A DNA stretch of 64,000 nucleotides from Candidatus Poribacteria bacterium (lineage in GTDB: Bacteria > Poribacteria > WGA-4E > WGA-3G), in NCBI GenBank assembly GCA_965205015.1, contig OZ242029.1, forward strand, positions 3,424,001 to 3,488,000. The letters are read 5' to 3'. Numbering within the stretch: position 1 is the stretch's first letter; every line of letters starts with the position of its first letter. This document shows, one piece after another, positions 20,737 through 28,662 of the stretch. A program made the position numbers and the translations under genes. The notes under the pieces are model-generated. The model was not told where the DNA came from and did not search any database. It saw nothing but the letters and a program-made list of their open reading frames with translations.

Positions 20737-20807
20737 AACCCCGTAGGGGTGACATCTCTGTAGAACGTTTATAGACCTTAACAGCAAACCCCGTAGGGGT
20801 GACATCT
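20737..20807. repeat. Two direct copies of the palindromic REP AACCCCGTAGGGGTGACATCT
   Basis: Identical 21-mers at 20737 and 20787 (50-bp period). Confidence 0.9.
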
Positions 20808-20809
20808 AC

Positions 20810-20992
20810 AGTCTCGCTCTCAAAGAAGAAAGAAAAATCAAAGAACAGGGTCGCCAAGAAGCTTACCAAGAAGTGTCCGACTGGAACAGTCGCCGTCTTG
20901 AAGCCGAAGCCCGTGGCGAAACTTTTACAGAGCCACCACCGGGACACGATTCCCTAAAACCCAGAAAGAAAAAACGCTTCATCTTTTTCTGA
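20810..20992 (+). pseudogene. 3' fragment of a small protein (...EQGRQEAYQEVSDWNSRRLEAEARGETFTEPPPG...)
   Basis: Protein-like reading frame with no start codon, abutting the REP pair. Confidence 0.45.
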
Positions 20993-21018
20993 TTTCTCTT
21001 GATCATCGGAACATCGCA

Positions 21019-22434
21019 ATGACTTCAAATATTAAGCCCAAGACGATATTTACGGGTGATAATCTGCCTATCATGCGCGGGATGAACAGTGCATCGGTGG
21101 ATTTAATCTACCTTGACCCCCCTTTTAATAGCAATGCCAACTATGCAGCACCCATCGGTTCTGAGGCTGCAGGTGCTGAGTTCAAAGACACTTGGACGCT
21201 CCGAGATGTTGACATCGCATGGCTTGACCTCATTGAGGCAAAACATCCTGCCCTGAACCGAGTAATCCACGCTGCGATGACAAATAGTGATAAATCTTAC
21301 CTTGTTTACATGGCGGTTCGGTTGTTGGAGATGAAGCGTATTCTCAAGTCAACGGGTTCTATCTATCTGCATTGTGACCCTACTATGTCTCACTATTTAA
21401 AGCTCGTTATGGATGCTATTTTTGGCAAAGAGAACTATCGTGCGGAGATTATATGGAATAGACAGAGTTCTCATAACGATAAATTGTATGGTGCCACTCA
21501 TGAGACAATCTTCTACTATAGTTATGGTGAGAAAGCTATCCCTGATGAAGTACTAATTCCTTTAACTGATAAACGCAAAAAAAACTTTAATAAAAGCGAC
21601 AAACATGGCAAATATGAAGGTGATAATCTAACGGCTTCAGGGAGCAGTGGTGGAGAATCAGGACAACCTTGGCAAGGTATTTCTCCAGGAAATAGGCACT
21701 GGTCACCTCCACGGGTAGGTAGAGGTAGATATGCTGAATACATTGTTAAAAAATTCATTCCAAATTATGGGGAGATAGAAGGTGTGCATGCCCGTTTAGA
21801 TGCTTTAGATGAGGCAGGACTAATTTTTTGGAACAGTCGTGGAAATCCACGTCTCAAGCGTTATCTCACACCAGATGCTGGAATGCCTCCTCAAAGTCTT
21901 TGGAATGATATTTCATACGAAGAAGGTGAAGATACTGGTTATCCTACACAAAAACCTCTGGCACTCCTTGATCGCATCATCAAAGCATCATTAAGCAAAG
22001 ATGGGGTTGTTCTCGATCCGTTTTGTGGGTGTGCTACAACCCTTGTCGCAGCAGATAGGCTTCAACGTCATTGGATTGGTATTGACGTATCTGCCAAAGC
22101 CATTGAATTGGTTGTTGAACGTATCAAAGAGGATCAGGGCTTATTTCGGGACATCATCGCACGCACAGACATTCCAAAACGCACAGATTTAGGAGACATA
22201 TCCCCATACAACGCACCTGAAAACAAAACTCAGTTATATGGAGAACAAAGTGGATATTGTAATGGGTGTGGCACACATTTTCAGAAACAACACCTTGAAG
22301 TTGACCATATTATCGCAGAAAATGTTGGAGGAACTGACCATATTGAGAATCTTCAACTGCTTTGTAGTAACTGCAACAGAATTAAAGGTGACCGCGGGCA
22401 AGAATATCTTGTCTCAAGACTGAACAAAGATTGA
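21019..22434 (+). CDS. N6/N4 DNA methyltransferase (beta class) fused to a C-terminal HNH endonuclease
   Basis: YLDPPF, YPTQKP, LDPFCGCATT; then CNGC..LEVDHII..ENLQLLCSNCNRIK. Confidence 0.9.
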   Translation: MTSNIKPKTIFTGDNLPIMRGMNSASVDLIYLDPPFNSNANYAAPIGSEAAGAEFKDTWTLRDVDIAWLDLIEAKHPALNRVIHAAMTNSDKSYLVYMAVRLLEMKRILKSTGSIYLHCDPTMSHYLKLVMDAIFGKENYRAEIIWNRQSSHNDKLYGATHETIFYYSYGEKAIPDEVLIPLTDKRKKNFNKSDKHGKYEGDNLTASGSSGGESGQPWQGISPGNRHWSPPRVGRGRYAEYIVKKFIPNYGEIEGVHARLDALDEAGLIFWNSRGNPRLKRYLTPDAGMPPQSLWNDISYEEGEDTGYPTQKPLALLDRIIKASLSKDGVVLDPFCGCATTLVAADRLQRHWIGIDVSAKAIELVVERIKEDQGLFRDIIARTDIPKRTDLGDISPYNAPENKTQLYGEQSGYCNGCGTHFQKQHLEVDHIIAENVGGTDHIENLQLLCSNCNRIKGDRGQEYLVSRLNKD

Positions 22435-22482
22435 AATGTGAAAACTACTAATTGCGAATAAGAAAAATACGAGGTGATATTT

Positions 22483-23457
22483 ATGATACTTGATGATAAA
22501 TCTTACATAAGAACTCCTAAAAAGAATGTGTCACTGATGCATTATTTAGGATTAACTGAATTAATCTCAATATTCAAAAACAAGTCTATATTCTTCTCAA
22601 CCTGCCAACTATATCAAGACCAACGCGAGGGTGCTTTGACCGAGCCTTCCTACAATGAAACATTAAAAAATTTGCTATGGGAAGATAATACGCCAGTAAA
22701 AAAAGATGATAGTTATTCTAATTACAAAGAAGATGTCATTAATAAAATGTATAGTGCTGGCGAGATACGCTGGATAGACAGTTTTGGATATTTAATACAA
22801 GAGTTCGTCAGATATTTTATGTTCACACATTGCTGGTCACTTTCAGATGAAGAAGATATATTAATGTGGGATAGATATAAATTTCATAAACCCACATTAG
22901 CAATAAAAACAACATTAGAGAGTCTTCAAGATGCTATCAATATACCAATATATATTGGAGAAATAAACTATGTAGATTACGAAAATGAACACATAATAGG
23001 GTATGAAAGGTTTACTGAAAAGAATCTTACAGATAAAGAAACCATAGAAGAACTCTTTTATCAACCCTTTTTTCACAAACAAAAGTGTTACCAGAACGAA
23101 AATGAAGTCCGTTTAATAATATCCTATGAAACCATAACAAAACATTTCACAGAAGAAACATATATAACGGATATTCCATTCTATAATAAAAATGGGTTTA
23201 GTTACAGGGATTTTGGTTTCGACGCAATTTTCCATCTGAAGTCAACTAATCCTAAGAGGTTTACCAAAGAGGACGGGAAAGATATAGATATACCACAAAG
23301 AGTATGTGTAGAAATCAATACTGATATTCTTATAGAACAAATCATAATTTCACCCTATGCCGAAAACTACAATTTTAGTATTGTACGAGATATAGCAGAG
23401 AAGTACGATTTTGATCCAAATAAAATCGTGGACTCTCCAATTAATATCAAGGCATAA
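22483..23457 (+). CDS. AT-rich DUF2971-like protein
   Basis: HCWS...LMWDRY, IGEINYVDY, K..YQNENEVR. Visibly lower GC than the core genes. Confidence 0.65.
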   Translation: MILDDKSYIRTPKKNVSLMHYLGLTELISIFKNKSIFFSTCQLYQDQREGALTEPSYNETLKNLLWEDNTPVKKDDSYSNYKEDVINKMYSAGEIRWIDSFGYLIQEFVRYFMFTHCWSLSDEEDILMWDRYKFHKPTLAIKTTLESLQDAINIPIYIGEINYVDYENEHIIGYERFTEKNLTDKETIEELFYQPFFHKQKCYQNENEVRLIISYETITKHFTEETYITDIPFYNKNGFSYRDFGFDAIFHLKSTNPKRFTKEDGKDIDIPQRVCVEINTDILIEQIIISPYAENYNFSIVRDIAEKYDFDPNKIVDSPINIKA

Positions 23458-23574
23458 TGACATATCATGAATCTCCTATATTTTTACGAACCGCACAAAT
23501 AATGTGAAATGTACTGCCCCCCTAAATTCGGGCCACTCCCTAAACCAAGATTGTGGTATAATCTCCACGACTTG

Positions 23575-24302
23575 GTGCGTTTCAGCGAATAATGATGGAA
23601 TGTAAGTTCAATTCTTACTCGGTAAACCCAACATCCGCATATCTTACTCTAACTGCGTTGCTGGAAACAGCAAGGTGGAAAGCAAGAGGAAATGGCGCAT
23701 GTCTGCGGACAGAGGCGAAACTCATAAGAGCGTCCAAAAGTGACACGTCCGATAGAGGACGGACATGGATAAACGAAAGTTGAATATCCGTAAGCCTCGT
23801 TAGGATAGACATAGATACCGCCTTGAAAAACTATGGTATTCTAAGATACCTCTTTATAGTAGGTGTCTGAAAGTTGCTATTCAAGTCTTAGCAACTCTAT
23901 TGGGTTCATAGAATACAGGAGTGGGTGGTTTCCCACTGTATCGGGGTATAGGATACTTCTAAATCCGTCTGAGAAGTCTATCATTAGGGAGTTGAAAAGA
24001 ACCTAAGTAGACTCCCCGAGTCTATAAGGTTGAGGAGATTAGGTAGCGTCATTGACGCGAGCATAATCAGGTTGAGTGCTTTGAAACATTTCTGAAAACA
24101 TTTTATCTATAGTCTTGAAATCGTGTGAAAACATGCAGTCTATAGAAGTCGATGACTTATGAATAAGGAAGAAAGTAAAAGTGGTTATCATGACCTAAAG
24201 CGTTTATCGCCACACTCAACTGGAAGGTCTCCATGTGCGGTGAAAGTCGCACGCATGGTTTGGAGGGGGCTGTTAGAGGGCGACCTCTAATGGCTACCCT
24301 AC
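23575..24302 (+). ncRNA. ORF-less group II intron (728 nt)
   Basis: Starts GTGCG, ends CCCTAC. Domain V at 24228-24261 has a GAAA loop and AC bulge. Domain VI has a bulged A at 24296. EBS1 CAAGTC (23882-23887, in a hairpin loop) is complementary to exon end GACTTG (23569-23574). Confidence 0.9.
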
Positions 24303-24315
24303 AAAGGAGGTCCCG

Positions 24316-24675
24316 ATGGAGGACCCAACGAAAACAAAGAACCTTCACCCCTGAGTTTAAAGGCCAAATTGTTCTTGAGGCACTTAGCGGTGAAACTTCG
24401 CAAGCGGAACTGGGTCGTCGACACAACCTGAGTGAAGATCAACTCTCGAAGTGGAAGCAGCAAGTCGTTGAAAACGTAGGATCTTTGTTTGCTTCCACAG
24501 AGCAGCAGTCCAGCGAGGCAGCTGAGCGGATCGCACACCTTGAACAGCTCGTTGGGCGGTTGACTGTGGCACTCGACATTCAAAAAAAAGCAGCGACGTG
24601 GTTAGACCAAAACTGACGGAGCAGCAAGAAATAGTTGAGGCACTCCGGACGGATTATTCGGTTCGACAGATATGT
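24316..24675 (+). pseudogene. IS3 transposase orfA/orfB remnant
   Basis: AAAGGAGG then ATG 24316 is one base out of frame with RTQRKQRTFTPEFKGQIVLEAL...QLSKWK. OrfB is truncated. Confidence 0.8.
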
Positions 24676-24850
24676 AAGGAGGATATACGCGTCAAGGCAC
24701 CCAAACCTAAAGGATTGGGCTTGTGCTTCGTAGCAGTCAGCCTTCCGAGGAAGGGACTTACATCTGCTCCACAGAGGGACCCAAGGCAGCCCTCAAGATG
24801 TTTATCGCAGCGTTTACGTCCCTATCGTGGTGTGAACCACACTCACGACA
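24671..24850 (-). ncRNA. Predicted TnpB omega/reRNA (scaffold over the tnpB 3' end and right end; guide is the flank 24690-24671)
   Basis: Established TnpB architecture; hairpins CTTCC-TC-GGAAG and CCCAA-TCCTTTAGGT-TTGGG. The 5' boundary is approximate. Confidence 0.55.
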
Positions 24851-25978
24851 CGTCCACTGCCGATCCGAAAGTGAAAGATTTTCGGTGTGATGCCCGCAAT
24901 CGGAGCAAGGTTTTGTAGTAGGCGTCCACTGCCCAACTTGAGAGAACTCACGATTATGTTTAAAACACTTGAACCTCAGTATCTCAACAAACTGGTAAAA
25001 AGCAAGGTCAGAGACTTTGCGTCCCCACAGACGTTTCATCCCATCAAGGTTCAGCGTCTCGGTGACAATGTGGTCAAACCGACGGCAGAGGTCGGTCGCA
25101 CGTTTGTAGTGCCAATCCCTGCGTTGGTTGGCGATCTTACGATAAAGCCGTGCGAGTTCACGGACAGCACGCCACCAATTGTTAGAACCTTTCTGCTTTC
25201 GGCTGACTGCCTTGTTAAGTTTTCGGAGTTGGTTCAAGGCGTTTTTCAAAGGTTGCGGATGGTGGATCTTCTCACCGGTGCTCAGGGTCAGATAGGTGTC
25301 CATACCGAAGTCTATCCCTACGCTCTTACCTGTAGCGGACATCACTTCTTTGGATTTACTATCTGTCACAACATAGAGCCACAATGTTCCGACAGCATCC
25401 TGACCGATTTGAATATACTTGACGTTCCCCTCCCACTCGCGATGGTGGTGATACAAGATATTTCTGCGGACAAACACAAACTTCTGTTTCTCTATATCCC
25501 ACTCTTTGAAGGAGAGACAGACAGTGCCTCTCGGAACTTTAGACGGTTTATCGTCATCCTTAGGGGGGACTTCAAAGACCTTGTACCCTGTTTGGAACTT
25601 CGCAGAGCGGTATTTGCTACGTTTTTTGAACTTCGGAGGTCCCACGCGCCTGCCACGTCTGCCGTTTTCAATCCAATCAAAGAACCGCTCATACCCGATA
25701 TGGATACGGATAATCACAGCGTCAAGCGTATCACGGGGGATCCATGCCCAATGCTTATGGGTGCGTTCGAGCAACTTCGTCAGATGCGGTTGCAGGCGAA
25801 AACGACCCGCGTATTTTCCATAGATACGGTAATATCGCTTCTCCAAAGCAAGGAAGTGGTTATGCACATCACCCAAGTCATCAAGCATGTTGCCGACGCG
25901 CATGTTTTGCGAGTGTTCGCGTATTTGGTATTTGTAGGTGCGACGCACACGCTTTTGTTTTCGCTTTCGTTTTTTCAT
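24758..25978 (-). CDS. tnpB: RNA-guided endonuclease TnpB
   Basis: RuvC-I GIDFG, RuvC-II VTETLN, zinc finger CSDC/CREC, RuvC-III DRDVNAAINI. Catalytic D/E/D residues are intact. Confidence 0.95.
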   Translation of the reverse strand: MKKRKRKQKRVRRTYKYQIREHSQNMRVGNMLDDLGDVHNHFLALEKRYYRIYGKYAGRFRLQPHLTKLLERTHKHWAWIPRDTLDAVIIRIHIGYERFFDWIENGRRGRRVGPPKFKKRSKYRSAKFQTGYKVFEVPPKDDDKPSKVPRGTVCLSFKEWDIEKQKFVFVRRNILYHHHREWEGNVKYIQIGQDAVGTLWLYVVTDSKSKEVMSATGKSVGIDFGMDTYLTLSTGEKIHHPQPLKNALNQLRKLNKAVSRKQKGSNNWWRAVRELARLYRKIANQRRDWHYKRATDLCRRFDHIVTETLNLDGMKRLWGRKVSDLAFYQFVEILRFKCFKHNREFSQVGQWTPTTKPCSDCGHHTENLSLSDRQWTCRECGSHHDRDVNAAINILRAALGPSVEQM

Positions 25979-25980
25979 AG

Positions 25981-26077
25981 GATGTCACGTATCACGCCTT
26001 TAACCCCTGATAAGTGGGTGGGACCGACACGTAACCTTGCGGTTACGCTTATCATGTCGGTCCAACGTGATACATCT
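25981..26077 (-). ncRNA. Structured 5' leader of tnpB with a predicted kissing/pseudoknot pairing
   Basis: GTATCACGTT/GGCGTGATAC, GGACCGACAT/GTGTCGGTCC, GTAACC-GCAA-GGTTAC, and TGATAAG/CTTATCA. Confidence 0.65.
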
Positions 26078-26106
26078 ATCAAACCATAATTTATTGAAAA
26101 TGTCAA
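26078..26106 (-). promoter_or_regulatory. tnpB promoter
   Basis: TTGACA-N17-TTTGAT with an extended TG. Confidence 0.6.
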
Positions 26107-26199
26107 GTGTTTTTTCAAAAAAAAACGCTATGGTCTAACACATGAGGGCGGATTTTCCTCCCAAGTCTAAAGACTTGGGTTTCCAATCCGTAAACTTTG

Positions 26200-26799
26200 A
26201 TGAAATATGTGCGGTTGTTATTGATTCAATGTGTACTGCTTGTATTGGGATTGGTCGGTTATTGCATTGCTACTGAGATTGGCTTTGAAGCCGAAGACGC
26301 AGATGAAATTGTAGCAATCATGGAAATTTATGAAGATAAGAAAGCTTCAGGCGGTATGTATATATCGGCGGGAAAGGGCGGGGGAGGGCGCCACCCCGGT
26401 AAAGCCGATTTCGTGATTAACGTTAGAACACCCGGTCAGTACACGATGTGGGGGCGGGTGATTGCCCAAGATACGGCGAAGGACTCTTTCCATGTCACAG
26501 TCGATCAGAAGAAAAGTCCACAACCGGGTGATGCCAACATGATCTGGGATACAGGTCAGCATCAGGAGTGGACGTGGTCAAAAGTAAAATGGCGCGAAAA
26601 GAATCCGTTGACCTTTGATCTGAAACCGGGGAAACATACCGTTACATTTTGGTCTAGGGAAGGCGATACCCGTTTGGATGCCGTTTACATGGCAATAGAT
26701 CCCGGCGCTGTCCCCAAACTACCGAATGAAATTGAGGGTTTTGCTGTGCATCCCCGGAATCGCTTAACGACAACTTGGGCGGCGCTAAAAAATCGGTGA
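26200..26799 (+). CDS. Secreted carbohydrate-binding-like beta-sandwich protein with C-terminal LTTTWAALK
   Basis: Signal peptide, FEAED, YTMWGRV, DSFHV, REGDTRLD. Its RBS (24676-24682) is separated from it by the tnpB element. Confidence 0.8.
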   Translation: MKYVRLLLIQCVLLVLGLVGYCIATEIGFEAEDADEIVAIMEIYEDKKASGGMYISAGKGGGGRHPGKADFVINVRTPGQYTMWGRVIAQDTAKDSFHVTVDQKKSPQPGDANMIWDTGQHQEWTWSKVKWREKNPLTFDLKPGKHTVTFWSREGDTRLDAVYMAIDPGAVPKLPNEIEGFAVHPRNRLTTTWAALKNR

Positions 26800-27228
26800 T
26801 GAAGGTCAACACATGATAGGTTACCATTGGTTCGCCTATCCTAACGCGGCAGAAGGGCTATACGCCAAAGTGTTCGCACGTGTCAACATGTTCGGTAGCG
26901 ACGAGGAGACCTGTCTGGTGTGTATCAAGCAAGGCAGGCTTTCGGTAACGCGCCAAGTCTGGGACGATGTCGTCTCGGTTCATGATAAACAGTTGCTGGT
27001 GTGTTTATAGTGGGAACCATTTCTGAGTCTCGATGTTCTTTTCAGCTCTACCAACGATGCCTGTATAGCCCGCAATTTCGGCAGGGACGGGATGTGCAAA
27101 TAGATCCGTAGGAGTTTACCTCGCCTGACGCTATCCACGTCCTCACAACCTTCCAAAATTTCTCGATATGTCAAGTAAGTCATGTTGAATTTTCCTAATC
27201 TGTATGAGGTAAGTATCCCTGAAACCGG

Positions 27229-27777
27229 TTATGGCTTTTGCATAACGAGATCGCTGTAGGAAACAGCAATTGGGGCCACAACATCTAAATGAAGTACGTC
27301 TTTGACGTGTTGATGCTCATCTATCGCCTCGGCTTCGGTTTGTCCCTGAAACACCGTCTCCAATTCGATAAATTGTCCTAAATTAGCAACCGTATCGAGG
27401 TGGATGCGGGTGTGATTGAACATCCAGACGTCCCGTTGTTTTTTTACAATTGTTTTGACCCCGAGTGCAACAGTTAGCAAGCCTTTGAGGGACCCCGGAT
27501 CGGCAATTTCACAGAGTTGGTATTGACTGTAGCGGGAGCCATCTTGGTTTGGACGCTCATAATAAATGAGCCATCCCTCAGACCATCCTTTCGCTTCGCG
27601 CAACTTGAGCCGCGGCTCAGATGTTTCTGATCCCAAAGCGTCTTTTACGTGCGTCACATGGAAATACGTATCAATTTGGTGTACGGTTTCATGATGTGTC
27701 GCATTTAAGGTAGCCAACCGTGGGTACAGTCCGTCAAGCGACTGAAACTGTGCTTTGAATTCTAAATTTTTTGCCAT
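27229..27777 (-). CDS. CYTH-domain class IV adenylate cyclase (CyaB-like)
   Basis: NLEFK (ExK), QIDTYF, RLKLRE, RIHLDTV..LGQFIELE, SYSDL. Confidence 0.85.
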   Translation of the reverse strand: MAKNLEFKAQFQSLDGLYPRLATLNATHHETVHQIDTYFHVTHVKDALGSETSEPRLKLREAKGWSEGWLIYYERPNQDGSRYSQYQLCEIADPGSLKGLLTVALGVKTIVKKQRDVWMFNHTRIHLDTVANLGQFIELETVFQGQTEAEAIDEHQHVKDVLHLDVVAPIAVSYSDLVMQKP

Positions 27778-27778
27778 G

Positions 27779-28378
27779 TCATTCGATTTCTCCGAAGTCT
27801 TCATCGGACTGGAAACTATCGACACACGATCGGTTGCAGGGCTCTCCATGTGCTAACAACCAGCAGACGCTATGCTTCAATTTAAGCGAGCTGATGAGAC
27901 AGGTGCGCAACTGTTCTGGATCAAAATCGCGCCCTACCAAAAAACTGTAACTGCCCCAACGCATTGCTTCTCGGCCCCTGCTATTGTTCGGAAGAATCGG
28001 AACGATCTTAACGTAAGGTTGATATCTGTTAACATATTCAAATAGTCGCGACCGCGAACGACGGGTGCAGTCCGCAATGATCATCCGATATTTGCGGAGC
28101 TTCAGTAAACCGATGGCTTCCGAGGTCCGCTCAGGAATATCGCACCCGTAGCCTTCGGAGCGGAGCAGATTTCTCACCTTGTCGTGTAAATCGTCGTTCC
28201 GCGAAACGAGCATCACATCGCCTTCCAGTTCAGAGACAGTGAAATCCTCCTGAATATCAAGAGGGATGAGTGCCTCTTCTACTTGTCGGTCAAGCCGCCT
28301 ACGTGCCTGTCGCATCCGATCCTCTACGCGATCAAGTCTATCATCTAAGTCTGGGAGTGGATTAAAAAATTTTCTCAT
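27779..28378 (-). CDS. Coiled-coil plus receiver-like (CheY-fold) protein with a Cys-rich tail
   Basis: NDDLHDKVRNLLRSEGY..EAIGLL..MIIAD..EAMRWG resembles a degenerate REC domain. Confidence 0.55.
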   Translation of the reverse strand: MRKFFNPLPDLDDRLDRVEDRMRQARRRLDRQVEEALIPLDIQEDFTVSELEGDVMLVSRNDDLHDKVRNLLRSEGYGCDIPERTSEAIGLLKLRKYRMIIADCTRRSRSRLFEYVNRYQPYVKIVPILPNNSRGREAMRWGSYSFLVGRDFDPEQLRTCLISSLKLKHSVCWLLAHGEPCNRSCVDSFQSDEDFGEIE

Positions 28379-28457
28379 TTCATTTATTTTTCATTTTTCG
28401 TTGGGACCAATATCTACACGCAAAAGATACTAATTGGAAAACATATAAGTAATTTTA

Positions 28458-28472
28458 GCGCACTTTATGCCA
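28458..28472 (-). promoter_or_regulatory. Possible sigma-54 promoter
   Basis: TGGCATAAAGTGCGC fits GG-N10-GC, with an imperfect -12 box. Confidence 0.35.
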
Positions 28473-28572
28473 TATATCAAGGGATTTTTGTTGATAAAAA
28501 CTGCGGGATCCTCTAAAATCTCAATAACAGTTGTCAGTTATCGGCAGTCAGTCTTTCTTCTTAGCCAAAGAT

Positions 28573-28662
28573 CGCAAGCCTGAAACGTAGTGGAAGGCGA
28601 CTCTATGGAAATAACTATCAATGCTCAAACCGACTTCATTAAACCGCAAGGAAAATTAAAAA
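28573..28662 (+). repeat. About 90-nt dispersed element, copy B
   Basis: Same ends and spacing as 19523-19613; ends directly at the GTG start. Confidence 0.7.

Larger units (their letters stand above)
23510..24675 (+). mobile_element. IS3-family (IS150-like) element, degenerate and truncated
   Basis: Left IR TGTACTGCCCCCCTAAATTCGGGCCAC; extended -10 TGGTATAAT; OrfA HTH; A8G slippery site at 24582-24590; OrfB stops after YSVRQIC; no right IR seen. Confidence 0.85.
24691..26199 (-). mobile_element. IS200/IS605-family tnpB-only (IS1341-type) element
   Basis: Left end CAAAGTTTACGGATTGGAAACCCAAGTCTTTAGACTTGGGAGG; right end AAGCCCAATCCTTTAGGTTTGGGTGCCTTGAC. Removing it restores an RBS-ATG junction. 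No tnpA present. Confidence 0.88.

Noticed and set aside
20737-20807. Possible mini-CRISPR (21-bp repeats, 29-bp spacer)
   Set aside because: Only two copies, a REP-like palindrome, and no cas genes or leader.
23844-23868. EBS2 candidate loop CTTTATAGT pairing with exon TATAA
   Set aside because: Only 5 bp and too far upstream (-14 to -18); EBS2 remains unresolved.
24233-24616. 127-aa ORF as an intact IS3 OrfA
   Set aside because: Its start lies inside intron domain V; the real RBS/ATG at 24316 is out of frame.
24887-26089. 400-aa ORF on the + strand
   Set aside because: It is the antisense shadow of tnpB, with no recognisable motifs or RBS.
23575-26199. IStron (intron-tnpB chimera)
   Set aside because: The intron is group II, ends at 24302 and is on the opposite strand from tnpB; these look like independent insertions.
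26813-27183. Short ORFs of 65 and 67 aa
   Set aside because: No RBS or motif support; probably decayed sequence.
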